This document shows, piece by piece, positions 1 through 13,159 of a stretch of 54,698 nt of DNA (position 1 is the stretch's first letter; each line of letters begins with the position of its first letter). Source of the stretch: Seison nebaliae (Eukaryota). A program made the translations under genes and the position numbers. Location: the NCBI GenBank assembly GCA_023231475.1, contig JALJEE010001998.1:1-54698 (forward strand), in the 5' to 3' direction. The notes beneath the pieces are model-generated. The model saw only the letters and a list, made by a program, of their open reading frames with translations. It did not search any database and was not told the DNA's origin.

Positions 1-1167
1 CATCTTAATTCTTATCCTAAATAAAGCGATCCTATCTTATCTCCCACTCTTCATCACTTCTTTGTGGTTGCTAAGCAACAAGTGTTCTTAAACTCGTCTT
101 ACGAAATCTTTCACTCCTAAATAATCTGTTCATCCCCTAAGCCTATCAAACTTACAGAATACGTGCACAGGCTTAGCAAATAACTTTGCGCTAAATGATA
201 TTTAGGAAACAAAATTAATAAACTAACGGTCAGAATGACCTTACCTACAAGTGTGCAAATTATCAGCGAAAAAAAATTGTAAAACCAAATAGTTCCCTTG
301 TAAGTTGATTGACAATTCATTCTCGTTCGATGGTATATTGGATTAATTGTATGATGAATCTTCGATTGTATTCCTGAATGGTTGGAATTTAATTTTTTTG
401 TACTGATGTTTATAACAATTACCTTCCCAGCAAAATCTACAATCACGATGATGTTTTCTGCAAGTGTTTGTCTTACAGAATTTCCATTCTTTTATACCGA
501 TTTTTCTTTTCTTTTAAGGATGACATCGAACACGTTCATTTCTCATTTCAGAAGTAGCATTTCCAATCAAGTTTACATTGAACGATTCCTTTTGGTTATT
601 CAACAGTCCTTTATTTTGTAGTTGGGATGTTGTTCGTCTTGTGTTCACTTCTTTCTCACATACTTTAGCAGTACCGATATTTCTAAATCTTCCATGTCCA
701 TCATTTTTCTTACAATGTCGTATTGTTTATACCATATCCGAACTGTTTTTTTATGAGTGATTCTTTATTTACCGTCGTTGTCATATATTTCGTCATTTGT
801 TGTAATCGGGTTATTCGTCCTTGTCTCGGAATGTACGATCGAATTTGAGTTGAATTTCCTGTCCTTCAGTTTTCTCGACCAATTCTTGAATAATGTCATC
901 GAAATTTTCGAATTCTTTATTTTCGAAATTCGTTCCTACGTTTATTATTGCACGTAATTTTGATGGTAGCGATGCGATAGTTAATTTGGCCCTCATCGCT
1001 TTTGGAATTCGATTCGCTTCGAAATAAAGTGTTGTTTTATCAGCACAATCGATAATTGTTTCGTCCGATTTAATTGGTTCCACATGAATATTGCCGACAA
1101 TGAATTTATTTGGTCCAGATGAAAATGACAAAACAAAATATCTCAACATTTCTTCAATAGTTTGCAT
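1..1167 (-). mobile_element. Degenerate LTR-retrotransposon (Ty3/gypsy-like) gag, possibly with protease, broken by stops and frameshifts
   Basis: ORF 811-1290 contains the gag-like segment TLYFEANRIPKAMRAKLTIASL. A shifted frame continues as ITRLQQM...SLIKKQFGYGINNTTL*EKMMDMEDLEI, then a Cys/His cluster (CRFCWEGNCYKH) and a weak protease-like stretch (SVSLIGLGDEQII). Recognised by eye only. Confidence 0.5.
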
Positions 1168-1689
1168 TTTTTCTTGAGTTATATATTTATTCAACTGAAT
1201 AATACATATTGAATAGATAATAATTACGAAATTGATATCAGATGCAAAATTTAATTGATCGATAAATATTTCGATTAATACTCTATGCATTTTTATTGCG
1301 GTCGAATTATTCTAAATAAATTTTTAAAGAATAATAAATATAATAATAAAATAAATATATTATATCGCTCACGTGAAGGTGAATGTAAATCAGAAAGCCA
1401 GGCATCAAAAAATAAATATTTCATTTCTTTATTTATAAGTTTTTCAATTTATAACATGCTCATGAATAATAAAAGGCGAATTTTTTCGAAATTTTAGCTA
1501 AATTTGCACAAATTCATTAACATATGGATATATATGATCATATATGACCATGTATGAGAATTTCTCTATTGAACAATTGAAAAGTTTATAACGCACGTCA
1601 TGTATTATAATCTCTTAACATGTTCGATATCTATTAATGTCTAAAAATTCATAGGTTACTTATCAGATCCATTAATTATAATTGATAAA

Positions 1690-2800
1690 ATCGACCCTGG
1701 GAACTTTATTAGAAGAAATAAAGGATCCAAAAAAAACCCCAGGCAGAGAAAGAAGAAACAAAAGAAATGGAATTACTTATGGCCATAACCAAAATAGAAG
1801 AAAAAGAAGTGGAGAAAACACCTAGAACACTACAAGAAATCTACAAGAAAAATTAAATCAGGTGTGTAAAGAATTGCCCCACTTCCATCAAGAAGACGAC
1901 TGGGAAGTATTCATAGAGGAAATTGAGCTACTAACCAAACCTCTAAATCTATCAGAAAATGAAAAACTACAAATGATCATACCACAAATTGATAAAGATA
2001 CCCGAAGATTATTATATAAAAAGAATGAAAAATATCTGAAAACATATAAGCAATTGAATCAATTAATGACCACAAGATAATGCCCTACATGTCATGTACG
2101 AATCAAAACACTTACAAATTTTTAACTCGTATGAAAAAATAGAAGGACCACTCCATATACTTCGACGAAATTCAAATACTAGCAGAAAAAGCATATCCAC
2201 GCTTGATGAATACGCCAGAAATAACGTAATTCCTAAAATTCGAATAATCATAAAACTCCTTAGAGAATACGAAAGAACTAAATTGATTAGAGAAACCGAC
2301 CCGAAGAAACAAACGTATTCCCTACAACACACATGAGCAATAATAATACCAATAACCCATATTTAATTCACCATAACCCATATTGGAAGCGCAATACTAA
2401 TCTTCATAATCGAACTACTAATTATCATACTAAAGATGAAAATAATAAACAACAGGTACAAAGAAGCTGGAACGAGGATCAGAAACCTATAAATATATTC
2501 CCTAATAATAAGTATAATCGTTATAATAACTACAACCACAATCATAATAATAAGTACAACAGTTTTTATCAAAATAAGTACAAAAAATCTCGAAACAAAA
2601 ATTACAACAATAACTGGAACATACATCGTAATAGAAATAGAAATTATACTACACACTACAACCGAGATTATAGCAATCGAAACTATAACAGGGAAAGTTA
2701 TAACAACAGGAACTATGGAAACATGTTTCCAAATTGATTGCAACCATCAAAACAACAATTAAATTATAATAATGAATATAACTCGGAATGGAAGCCACAC
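1690..2800 (+). mobile_element. Second decayed gag-like relic with an Asn/Tyr/Arg-rich tail
   Basis: Consecutive frameshifted ORFs 1862-2080, 2094-2336 and 2333-2737. ELPHFHQEDDWEVFIEEIELLTKPLNLSENEKLQMI resembles retrotransposon gag N-termini. The + strand is strongly A-rich. Confidence 0.4.
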
Positions 2801-2809
2801 TAACAGCTT

Positions 2810-3400
2810 TGCTAATCGGTTACACTCGATCATACTCTATGAAATTCTTTCCCGGCCAACAGTGGCGTCAAACAAGCTTCCATCCTGGGTTGTTTGGTCT
2901 CTCTCTTGACTGGGTTCTTTCTAGTCTTACGAATTATGCATAAACAACATTAACGGCATGCGAATTCCCGTAGCACTTGCATACGACATTCTCATATGTG
3001 CTACTTCTCCATGACAACTAAAAGAGCACAGACTCCCTTGGTCGAAGCTTGAATCAAAATTAATCCGACGAAGACTGTTGTCCTTTCCACAACTCCTTAG
3101 ACAACTTTTCGGTGTCGGGTCTCTTCCCCAACATATCACCTCTCATTCAACTTTCTACCAAATGTTAAATGGATGTCAAATCGGGAGCAAGAAAGAGAAA
3201 AAACCAGTTTTCAGCTTCCTCTGCCTTATAGAGATCTCTTCATGCAAAAAACTACAGAATGACATGATTTGTCTCTTCGTTCCTCCCAACTTGACATTCA
3301 AGCTCTATTATATCGAACCATTTCGTCTTTTCTGACATCATTCTATACTATTCTATAGATCAGACATGGGCAAAATAAAGAGCGACCAGGAGCTGATGTT
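2810..3400 (-). pseudogene. Possible decayed retroelement fragment with eroded zinc-knuckle-like motifs
   Basis: Higher GC than the flanks and no long ORF. Fragments CSFSCHGEVAHMRM and VCKCYGNSHAVNV in different frames resemble CX2CX4HX4C knuckles. Confidence 0.2.
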
Positions 3401-4121
3401 GTTGTTAAAAGAGCTATTTTGAAAAACTAAAATAATAATAAAAAATAAGAAACAATAGAATAATAATGTAAAATATTTATGTATGGGCATAAGGAGCTAA
3501 TTTGGCTCCCTACATACAACAAAAATACATGGCTTCGCTCTTTCGTGCCCATGACATAGTATAGATCACTCACCTCTTTCAACAGAATTTCGTGAGTTTA
3601 TCTTCTCGTTTTCATCAGTGTCTCGGTTATTTGACGAACAGGTATTTAATTAAGTTCGGCCAAGACCCTGATAGAAAACAATCATGTTGGCGCTTTGAGG
3701 ATTCTTCTCGTGAGCTACGTTTGAATTGTTTTTTTTCTTTATCTTTCTTTATATATTTTTTACGAGAGATGAGTAGATTTTCCTTCAGCTCCGCCCAACC
3801 TAGTTCATTTGTTTTCTCCTTTTTTTCTTTTCTCTCTTATTTCAAATATCTAACAACTCTTGTAAGTACCCACCACAAGAAATCAGTCAACTGTCAATTT
3901 TGATATTTAATTGTTTCCTCTTGATATTAGAGAAACCGTACATTGTCATCAACTTAAGTACATAACCGGATGAATAACACTATGTTTTTCGTTCAAACTT
4001 TAAGCTTTTGCACAAGATAATTTCTTTGAAATATATATAACAATTATTTTTATGAAGTAAGATACCCTTTCCATTTTCACTGATAAATGTATCAAAAAAC
4101 GGTAATTGTGAGGGAGAGATT

Positions 4122-5624
4122 ATGAGACGCTTATTTTTTCGTAATACGTTCACATCTTTCATTACTGTAACTGTCATCGTTTTATTAATTTATACATTTT
4201 CTAAATATTTTTGGACCAAGAGGAATGCTTTGAAATCGTTATCGAACAATATTGAAGATATAATTAATGAAAATCATTGTACTTTATTAGCTATTTATGC
4301 ATCGGAAACTCATTCGTATTTTATTAATGCACTTTCCTCGGGGAAATCATTAAATGATGCTATTGATATTGGACGCGGTATTCGAACATTTGATGGACGT
4401 TCTTGTAAAAATGGGAAGAAATCATTTCAAGATGAAATGGAATGTTTATTTATGGAACGACTATCATTCAATTTAACAACAACCGTCATTTCCACATTAT
4501 ACAACGTTTCTTCGAAAACCGAAATGAATCGATTGACTTGTCATTTCGAATCATATGAATATTTAATTCATCGATTAATTAAAGATAATCATGTTCCAGC
4601 CACATGTCTCTTTATTCACACTACACAATACAGCGAGTCCTTCGAAGATAAATTTCTTAATAATTTTCATTTGAATTTAAATAAAAAGACATCATCCGAT
4701 AACTCGGATGAGTATCTTCAATCAGTTTATCGATTCAATCGAACAAAAACCAATTTTAAGAATATGTTCAATTTTTATCAGAAGCATCGATCTGTAGAAA
4801 AGCATAATGAGTTTTATATCGATCAACCACAATCAATATTTCTCCGAATTATTCCCGTTCTCGCTAATTTCAATAAGAAATATTCGATGACATATCAACA
4901 ATTAATTCTTAAATTGTATAAAGGAGGAAGATTTATAGATTCAAATCTACAACCATTCTTTCCAACAGTTTTAGTTAATGCCCCAAATCATACACAAGTA
5001 AAATCGATTACTGATTATTCTTTAATCTCAAATGAAAATTTCATTTATGTTTTTCTAGTACAATGGCCAATTGAAACTTATAATTGGTTGGTACAGACAC
5101 ATTTCTTTCCTAATAAACAAAAAGTTAAACATCCAATATCGGCTTTTTATCAATTCAGTTCATCTGATTTGAGCAAAAAAAAAGAATCAATAACATCTCC
5201 AATTTTAATGAGAATCGATAAAATGGACAAAATCGCCATACTTCCAAAATCATTAATCATCATTCCTCAAATCGAATTGAATTTAGATGAAATTATTTAT
5301 TTGTGTAATTTTAATGCTTATGTGAACACAATTCGAAAACATCAATCTAGATTTGTCTTAGAACGATCAACGATAGCGAAAGATGTAGAAGTTATGTATC
5401 AATATCACAATCGTTATTCTGATAATCAAACGATTTCTCTTGAACAATGTAAATCGTTTAAGAACGACTCATTCTTCAAATATATGTGTGATTCGTTACA
5501 TTCGGAAATACATGAAAAGAAGGATCAAATTCGTTTATATCATGATTTCATTATTCGCGAAGTTCAAACATCGGAAATGAAACAATGTCCATTATTCGCC
5601 AAAAAATCTAAAATAATTCTTTAG
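4122..5624 (+). CDS. Uncharacterised 500-aa type II membrane protein, intronless (Golgi-enzyme-like topology)
   Basis: Long ATG-TAG ORF in very AT-rich DNA. Short basic N-terminus, one hydrophobic helix (FITVTVIVLLIYTF), then a Cys-containing luminal region. No family motif recognised. Confidence 0.7.
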   Translation: MRRLFFRNTFTSFITVTVIVLLIYTFSKYFWTKRNALKSLSNNIEDIINENHCTLLAIYASETHSYFINALSSGKSLNDAIDIGRGIRTFDGRSCKNGKKSFQDEMECLFMERLSFNLTTTVISTLYNVSSKTEMNRLTCHFESYEYLIHRLIKDNHVPATCLFIHTTQYSESFEDKFLNNFHLNLNKKTSSDNSDEYLQSVYRFNRTKTNFKNMFNFYQKHRSVEKHNEFYIDQPQSIFLRIIPVLANFNKKYSMTYQQLILKLYKGGRFIDSNLQPFFPTVLVNAPNHTQVKSITDYSLISNENFIYVFLVQWPIETYNWLVQTHFFPNKQKVKHPISAFYQFSSSDLSKKKESITSPILMRIDKMDKIAILPKSLIIIPQIELNLDEIIYLCNFNAYVNTIRKHQSRFVLERSTIAKDVEVMYQYHNRYSDNQTISLEQCKSFKNDSFFKYMCDSLHSEIHEKKDQIRLYHDFIIREVQTSEMKQCPLFAKKSKIIL

Positions 5625-8600
5625 CATAGTTTCCTTACTTCTTTGTCAGTTCTTAATTTTTTTTTCCTCTTTTACTAAAAATTTAACACTAATTATTTTA
5701 ATTTATTATTAATAAAATTTAATTTTTGTCTATCAAAAAAACTTAAACTATATACTGTACAAAACCATAATAATAAACAAGAAACTTTTTTACAAATATT
5801 TATAGTCAATGATAATCGTTTTATAAATTTCATCTATTTACTTAACGTACATCAATGACATGTATGAAGAATTAGTTGGAATTCTTATTTACCTCAAGAA
5901 TGAGTGTTATTGACGCTATTATTTTCGGATGTATTAAGGATTAAGTTCAATGGTACAAGATAATTATACAAAAATAAACATTGGAAATCACTTAATCAGT
6001 TACCTTACTTCGTTTATAGTCGGATCAATATATCCATGTAGATAAATCAGTAGCATGAACTGAGAGATATAGATAACTGACTATAGATTGTGAGAGAACC
6101 CGAGATAATTCCGATGGATTGCAGTGGAATTTGAAACATTTCTTCTTACAAGTTCTTATTTGTTTGAAGATAAATTTGTAAAATTTTTCTTCTGATGATA
6201 CATCAGAGTAAAGTAGTTTATTTTTCACAATAAAAATTTTTTAATTTTATACGGACGAATCTTTAGGTAATTTTGTACAGAAGATATGGAGAAATTTTAA
6301 AAAATATGGATTGCCAAATTGTCGATTCTATGTAACTTTTAAAAATTATTTTATATTTGTCACACTGGATTTTTACTTAAAATCGGTGTATACGTTGCGA
6401 TTTGGATAAGAATAATGAAAAGTTCACAATCCTTCCATAATGATGACGAATCGACCGAAATATCCACCAAAGTCTAACTAAAATGATAATATGAGTCAGC
6501 AAAAAGGCAAATGAGATGGTGACAAATCCACCAATTAGTCCTGATATGTTAAATCTATCTTCTAAACTTTTGACAGAGTGACGAAGTTATCGAAATATTC
6601 TAAAATAAGTCACATTTTGTGCATAACGAAAACAACGATTTTTATTCAAACAATGACGATTATTCAAAGTGACTAAATCAACGGATAAATATTTGTCTTA
6701 ACCGTCAAATCTGCGAATTATCTGCGTGAATTACATGTCACTATTGTTAGCCATGATGATTTTGTAATTTTCTGCTTCTATGTTCCTGGGAAATATTGTC
6801 CTATGTTGAATTTGTGAGGGACTAGTTGTACAGTTTTCCTTTTTCTCTTTTATCGTAAAAAAGGAAACGATAAGTTTAGGTACAGAAAACTTTATTTATA
6901 ATTATTACTTTACTTTCCTAAAGGAAAAACGAGAAAATGTTGTTTCTTATCGTTATTGTTCCCCCATCACTACAATATAATTCAATTATGTTCAGAAATT
7001 CGTATTATCTGATAACACGATTCTTACAATATCAACTGATGACATTTATTCAGTTGACTCATCGATTTGAGACATCAATTGTTGAGAGTGAGAGAAGATG
7101 TGGTAAGAGGAAATTAAATATTATATCTATTGACTTTAAGTGTATATTGTTGAAGATCCTAAATAGAAGGAAGTGTTTGGTCTACCCTATGAAAAATTTT
7201 ATCAAACAATCGGATGATGGAAAAAAATACACTAATTTCTTTCCATAATGAAGGAAATATCAAATATAATTGTTGATATAAAAATTTGGGAACCAGATAG
7301 ATTGCAACCCTAAATAAATATTTGGAAGAGGACATTTCTCAACATTCTATTAATTTTTCGGAGAACTTTCTACTTTAGAATATTTTGTGGTTAAGCCTTG
7401 TCTATTTTTTCTCAAAAGTTTGAGAACTGTTGAGAAAAATGAGAAAAATTGGATGAAAACTGTCTAAATTAGTAACAAATAAAAAACCTTTAAGGAATTT
7501 TTATATAGGTTTACGATCTCCCTCTCAATCAATAATTAGAGTTCATTGAATTCTCCTATATGATTAGTGGTGGATTACCTTATGATTTGTAGTATGAAAA
7601 TAACTGATAAATGTGTTTCTTTCCGAATCTATTAATGTTTACTATGGATCAATTTAGGCTATAAGGAACAGATATGTTATAAAGATAATATCCAGAGAAA
7701 AAATTGGAAAACGATAAAGTTGTTTATGTTTATTACTCATAAAAAGGTAAATAAATATTGAGATTTCATCACAATAACCGCTAACCCATAAGCTAGATAC
7801 TAAAATTAATAAGCAGTATCTGATGAGGAAGTGGAGAAATGTGTTGCTCATTATTACGGCATGTCACTCTACAATTCTTCGTTATAAGGTACAAATTTAA
7901 TTTTCATCATATTCGAAGGATGAAAATATATTTACTTCCGTTCATCGTATCTTCACATCATTTCTTCTAACAAGTTATTGCTCTTGCTATCATTTCACAA
8001 ATATTTTATCTTTCATTACTGACTAGCAAATATATAAATCAAATCGATTCAAATAGAACTTCACCAATATTTACTACTCATTCATTTGAACTGGAACAAA
8101 TTGACATTATCCTTGACGTCATTCTATTCTTCTTCTTCATTCAATATTTATTACCATTCATATCATACTGCGTTATTCATCAATATTTCATCAATAATAT
8201 AAAACATTACAATTAATACGATTATAAATGGAGTATAACATTCCAATCTGGAACTACAAGGAGGGCTTCTTCACATTGCGGCAAGTTTGGAAAAATAACG
8301 TTAAGACAAAATTGTAGTAATGGCAGTTGGTTTTCATAAGTTTTCTATAAGTATTGTTTCTTATTCCAAGTTTTTCATAAGAAAACCAACTCATCAAAAA
8401 AAAGATGAAGGAATTGTTGAAAAATTTTTCTGTTATTAACTGAAATGATCGAAATGGTTTCTTTTTGTAGAATGGCATAATTTCATTTTTTATGTTCCGA
8501 AATTGTAAATTTAACAATGTATTTTAAATATCTTACGTTAGTTAGAGTAAATCTTTACTAAACTTTTTCCATAAATATGTAGGATGAATGAGTATAATTC

Positions 8601-11244
8601 CCAATATAAATTCATAAGGTGTTATAATGTTATGGATGTGTATTATTATAAATTGTGAATCATTTAATACAGCTAGAGAAACGAATTATTTTCGAAAAAT
8701 GAAAGAAAACTCTTTTCTAGATCTGTATGGATAGTTTATTTAGATAAACACTTCAGATGTTCGGTTAATAATGTCTAATAGATGATCAGCAAAGAATATC
8801 ATCAATATGTGGAAACAGATTATTCGGTAGAGAATGTTATCTAATGTGATTATAATACTCTAGAAGAAGAACATCCATGTTATTATTATTTAGCTTTAGA
8901 TTTTAGAAGGGAATATTACCTTAAAATATATTACTTGCGTTACATAATGTAACTTACATCCATCCGTAACTGCTACTGATGAGTGTAACATTAAATTATT
9001 GATAAATTAATCAAAAATAAAATTTTTTATTTTCCAACATTTTTTCGACCATTTACTCCTGAAAAGATTTCTTGAAAGAAATTATCCGAAGTTATTTATC
9101 ATAAAACAAATAATTTTTAGATGTGTGTTGAGTTATGTCCAAATATGCTTAATAAAATCATTCGGTACAGAATGATTTTCATATGAAGCGATACATCTAA
9201 TGAGTTTTAGTGACCGAAACTTCAGACAATTATAGTCTCTCTGTCTATTGCACCACGTATCAATTTATCTATGTCTTCCGTCAATCACTTAACGTAAGTT
9301 CATTCCCTATTATGTTTCCTTTTCACATGTACACATCATGTAATATTATTTATTCAACATTCATCGGAATCATAACTTTATTATGATCAGCTGTTTTTCT
9401 ATAAGAATCTCTTCCCATATGTTCTCCTATAATAACAAATCAGTTATTCATTCGTTTTCCATGTAAATTGATGTCATAACAAATTCATTAATTGACAAAA
9501 CTCGTCCGCATATAAAGTGTTCGAGATAGTAATAGAATTTTTCATCTATTTGGTGCTTTCGTTTTTATCGTTTTCAGCACAATCTTTTCAATCGGACGAC
9601 TATTCTTCATTGTATGTCTATTGGAATCTATTAACAGTTTAATATCTTCCGAACAATTTCCTTTCAAAAATAAGTTTATTTGCCCATAATTTTATGGTTT
9701 GTTTATTCTGTTTCTTGCAACAATGTCAATAATAATGAGAATATTTCCCAAAACTCTACTCAAAGTACGTATAATTTTTAATTAAAGAGAATAGTCGAAA
9801 TATAATTTTTTCTGTTAATTTCATTTATATCCTGCTGAATATTATTAATAGTACAAACATCTCATAAGAAATATGAGGAACACCTAAAGAAAAAAGGAGA
9901 AATACTTCTCGAAAAACGAAGAACACCATAAGGAAAATAGAAAATTGAGAGGCGGAACTACTCTAAGTTTATACTCTAATGCTTCTTCTAATTCTACTCT
10001 GTGTAAAAGAAAGATCTTGGACAATTCGAAATGATGACCAATTTCTGCAAGAAAATTGTCCTATTTTCGTTTTGACCTCCTTAATATATAGAAACTTCTG
10101 TAATCAAGTTGAAGGGAATGGATTTGGATGAATAATGAATGAATCTATAAATTAATTATACTAACTCTCCTCTCAAAATTCAACTAACTTTACAGTAAGT
10201 TCTAGATTGTCAAATAATTTATTTATTTTCTATTCTTTCCTTCACTTATCTATCTAACACAAATCATTATCCGCCGCACAACCTCGTATGTTAAGTTAAG
10301 TTAAGAAGAATTATCATCTTTTTTAGAATAGCAACTATGAGAAAAGAAAGATAGACGAATGCATGCAATTTTGGTGATGAGCAAATCTAATGCTTACATT
10401 TCATCACCAAAACATGAACTCATTTCTCGATAAATAATTATAACAAATTTTCTCATAAGGTGTATCTACTTCGCTTGGCATTCTCTCACAGAAACTTCCA
10501 AATACTATAAAGTTCTTACTTCGAAAGTTAATGGTTATCTCTATGATTCGATTGATTATGACGAATTTCGTAAATAGGTTCATTCTATTAAGACTGTTCT
10601 ATTGCTTTATTCCACTAACACTGACAATTGTATGGAAAGATTAGTTAATTATTTTTGATTCATTTGCACATTAGCATTCTCCGGAACTAAAACGATCATC
10701 TAATAACGACAAATGGAAAAGATTTCTGAAAGAGTATACGATTATGATTTCTACGCGATATGTGTAGTTGTGAGATTGTTCAAATATTTGTGCATGTTTA
10801 TTAACTGCAAATTCATTTATATAATAGCTGATCATATGGTACGTGAGGGAACATACGCTCGGTCTAACCATCTGTAATTCAATGCAAGATTTTATATGTG
10901 ATGAAAGAATTGAAAGTGAAGAAGCGCGAAAAATTACTTTTCCTTCCTTCTATTATCCATCGAATGAAATAGTTTGGTAAGCATAAGAGAGAAACGAAGA
11001 AGTATTACTGTAGCAAAATATTTTGCCTTGTGGCAGATTTCTTTCTTTCTTTATAAATCGCACACTTTCTTCATTGCCATTTTTCTTTTTCGTTGATGAC
11101 ATCTTCTTTAGGTTGTTCATAAAGAATTGTGAATTAACCAACATGTAGAAAATCTATGTCGAATGTCGTTTGTAATATTTTGCTTAAACGAAGAGAAAAT
11201 AATTTCTGATATTTTTGAATGTTCATTGAGCAGAAAATGAGAGA

Positions 11245-12756
11245 ATGAGTACAATCCGATCAGTTAAGTGCGTAGTCGTGGGCGACGGAAGTGTGGGGAA
11301 GACATGTCTCTTAATGTCATACACGACTCAAACATTTCCAGGAGAATATATTCCCACCGTGTTAGTTCCGTTATTAAATTCCTTTAAATTAGTTTTTTGA
11401 AAAACTTTTCGTTTTCTTTTCAGATTTGACAATTATTCGGCAAATGTTGTGGTGGATTCTCAACCGATTAACTTGAGTTTGTGGGATACAGCTGGTCAAG
11501 AGGATTATGATCGATTACGACCATTATCTTATCCAGATAGCGATGTATTTCTCTTATGTTTCTCTCTAGTCAATCCCACCAGTTTCTTTAACATCCATAA
11601 CAAATGGTACGATGAAATACGTCAACATTGTGCAAATGTGCCAACTATTCTCATCGGTACCAAATTGGATTTAAGAGAAGATCGACAATATGTAAAACAA
11701 TTGTATCAAAATAATATTAAAGTGATTACACCGGAACAAGGATTATCTTTAGCGGAAAGACTAAGGTCGTTGGGATATGTAGAATGTAGTGCGCTAAATC
11801 AACAGAATTTGAACAAAGTTTTTGAAGTAGCAATACGTGCTGCATTGGGAAAGTTGGATCAAAATAGAAAAATTAAAAAGAAGAATGCTCAGTTTTCTTG
11901 GATGACATCATATGATAATTCTAATACTTCATCATCATCCAGTGGTCATAGTAGTCGACAAGAAAATGAAAGTCAAAGTAACAGTAGTTATGATTCCTGT
12001 CTCTATGATATGACTGATCAACAAATTTCTACATATAACATTGAGAAGATGAATGAACATTTTTATAACCACACCAAACATAAGAACAATAACAACAACA
12101 ATCATAATTACAATAATAATAATAACAACAACAATCAGTTTTATAATGGAGATAAAGTGTCAACTGTGAAATTTGCGCAGAATCCAATAATTATAGATGA
12201 GATTTATGCACCATCATCGAATGTCTCATATTTGAATGGAAATGTGGACGACCGCAAATGTCGATCAACAAACAAAAAATCATATTATTCGTCTCCACTC
12301 AAACATCATCCTCATCATCATCATCGTCGCACAGGAAGTGATATGTTGGAAGATGATGAATATTATGAAATGAAAAATCAAAATTTTTTAAATTCAATAT
12401 CAAAACAAGAACCACAATCAACTTATCGTTATTCATATCGACAAGGCGAATTAAATCGCCAACAAAAATATCGTGCTAGAGCTACATCTCTCGATTATCG
12501 ATTGATGAGTCGTCAAAAGTTTAACAATAAACGAAGCGACGAGGAGAATCTTTTAAAATTGAAAGCAATTCTCAAATCGACAAAACAGGAAAATACAAAA
12601 AATAACACGAAAAAATTGTTTCGATTCAGTTCCGTTAGACCATCGAAATTTATGAACAGAAAATTATTGAAACAATCAGAACAAACAGATCAATTATATG
12701 CTTTCGATGACATTCAAATACCAATTGACTCCCCACAGAATTGTATAATATTATAA
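11245..12756 (+). CDS. Rac/RhoG (Mtl/MIG-2)-like Rho GTPase, 482 aa, 2 exons, long low-complexity C-terminal extension ending in CaaX
   Basis: Exon 1 (11245-11360) encodes [20 protein letters not shown]...EYIPTV. Intron 11361-11423 (GTTAGT..CAG). Exon 2 has [35 protein letters not shown] and terminal CIIL. Confidence 0.92.
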
Positions 12757-13159
12757 AAATTAACTTAATTCATTTTTTCTTAAACAATTTCGACAATGGA
12801 GTTTTATTTCCTATAAAAATGATGATTTTTATAAAACTTTTTCTACCTCAATTAACTTTTCCTACGTCATGTTATTGGGACGTCGCCATTCCTTAACTCT
12901 CCCAACTTTTCTTTTGTTTCTATTCGAGAACTTCCAAAAATTTACAGTTTGATTTGGAATTTTATTTAATACTTCTCTTTGTAATTTTCGTTTTCTTTCC
13001 CAACTATTTTTCCATTTCTGAATGAAATTAAATGCAAAATTTTGTGGCACTAAATTTATTTAAGTGAATAAAGTAATTTTTTCGAAAATGTAAAACTGAA
13101 AATTTTCGTAACTTATCGAACGACAAGTTAAAATAACAAGATTCGGAAACATATTTTAA

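Noticed and set aside
3480..3518. Imperfect hairpin TGTATG..GGAGCTA-ATT-TGGCTCC..CATACA
   Set aside because: Single, bulged and with no matching second terminus, so it cannot be assigned to an element.
6281..6330. IWRNFKKYGLP, resembling a LINE RT segment
   Set aside because: Too short, with no flanking RT motifs in frame.
8970..9000. Hammerhead-like CTGATGA-GTGTAACAT-TAAA (also CTGATGA at ~7821)
   Set aside because: The GAAA core is missing or stem II is absent, and stems I/III are not evident.
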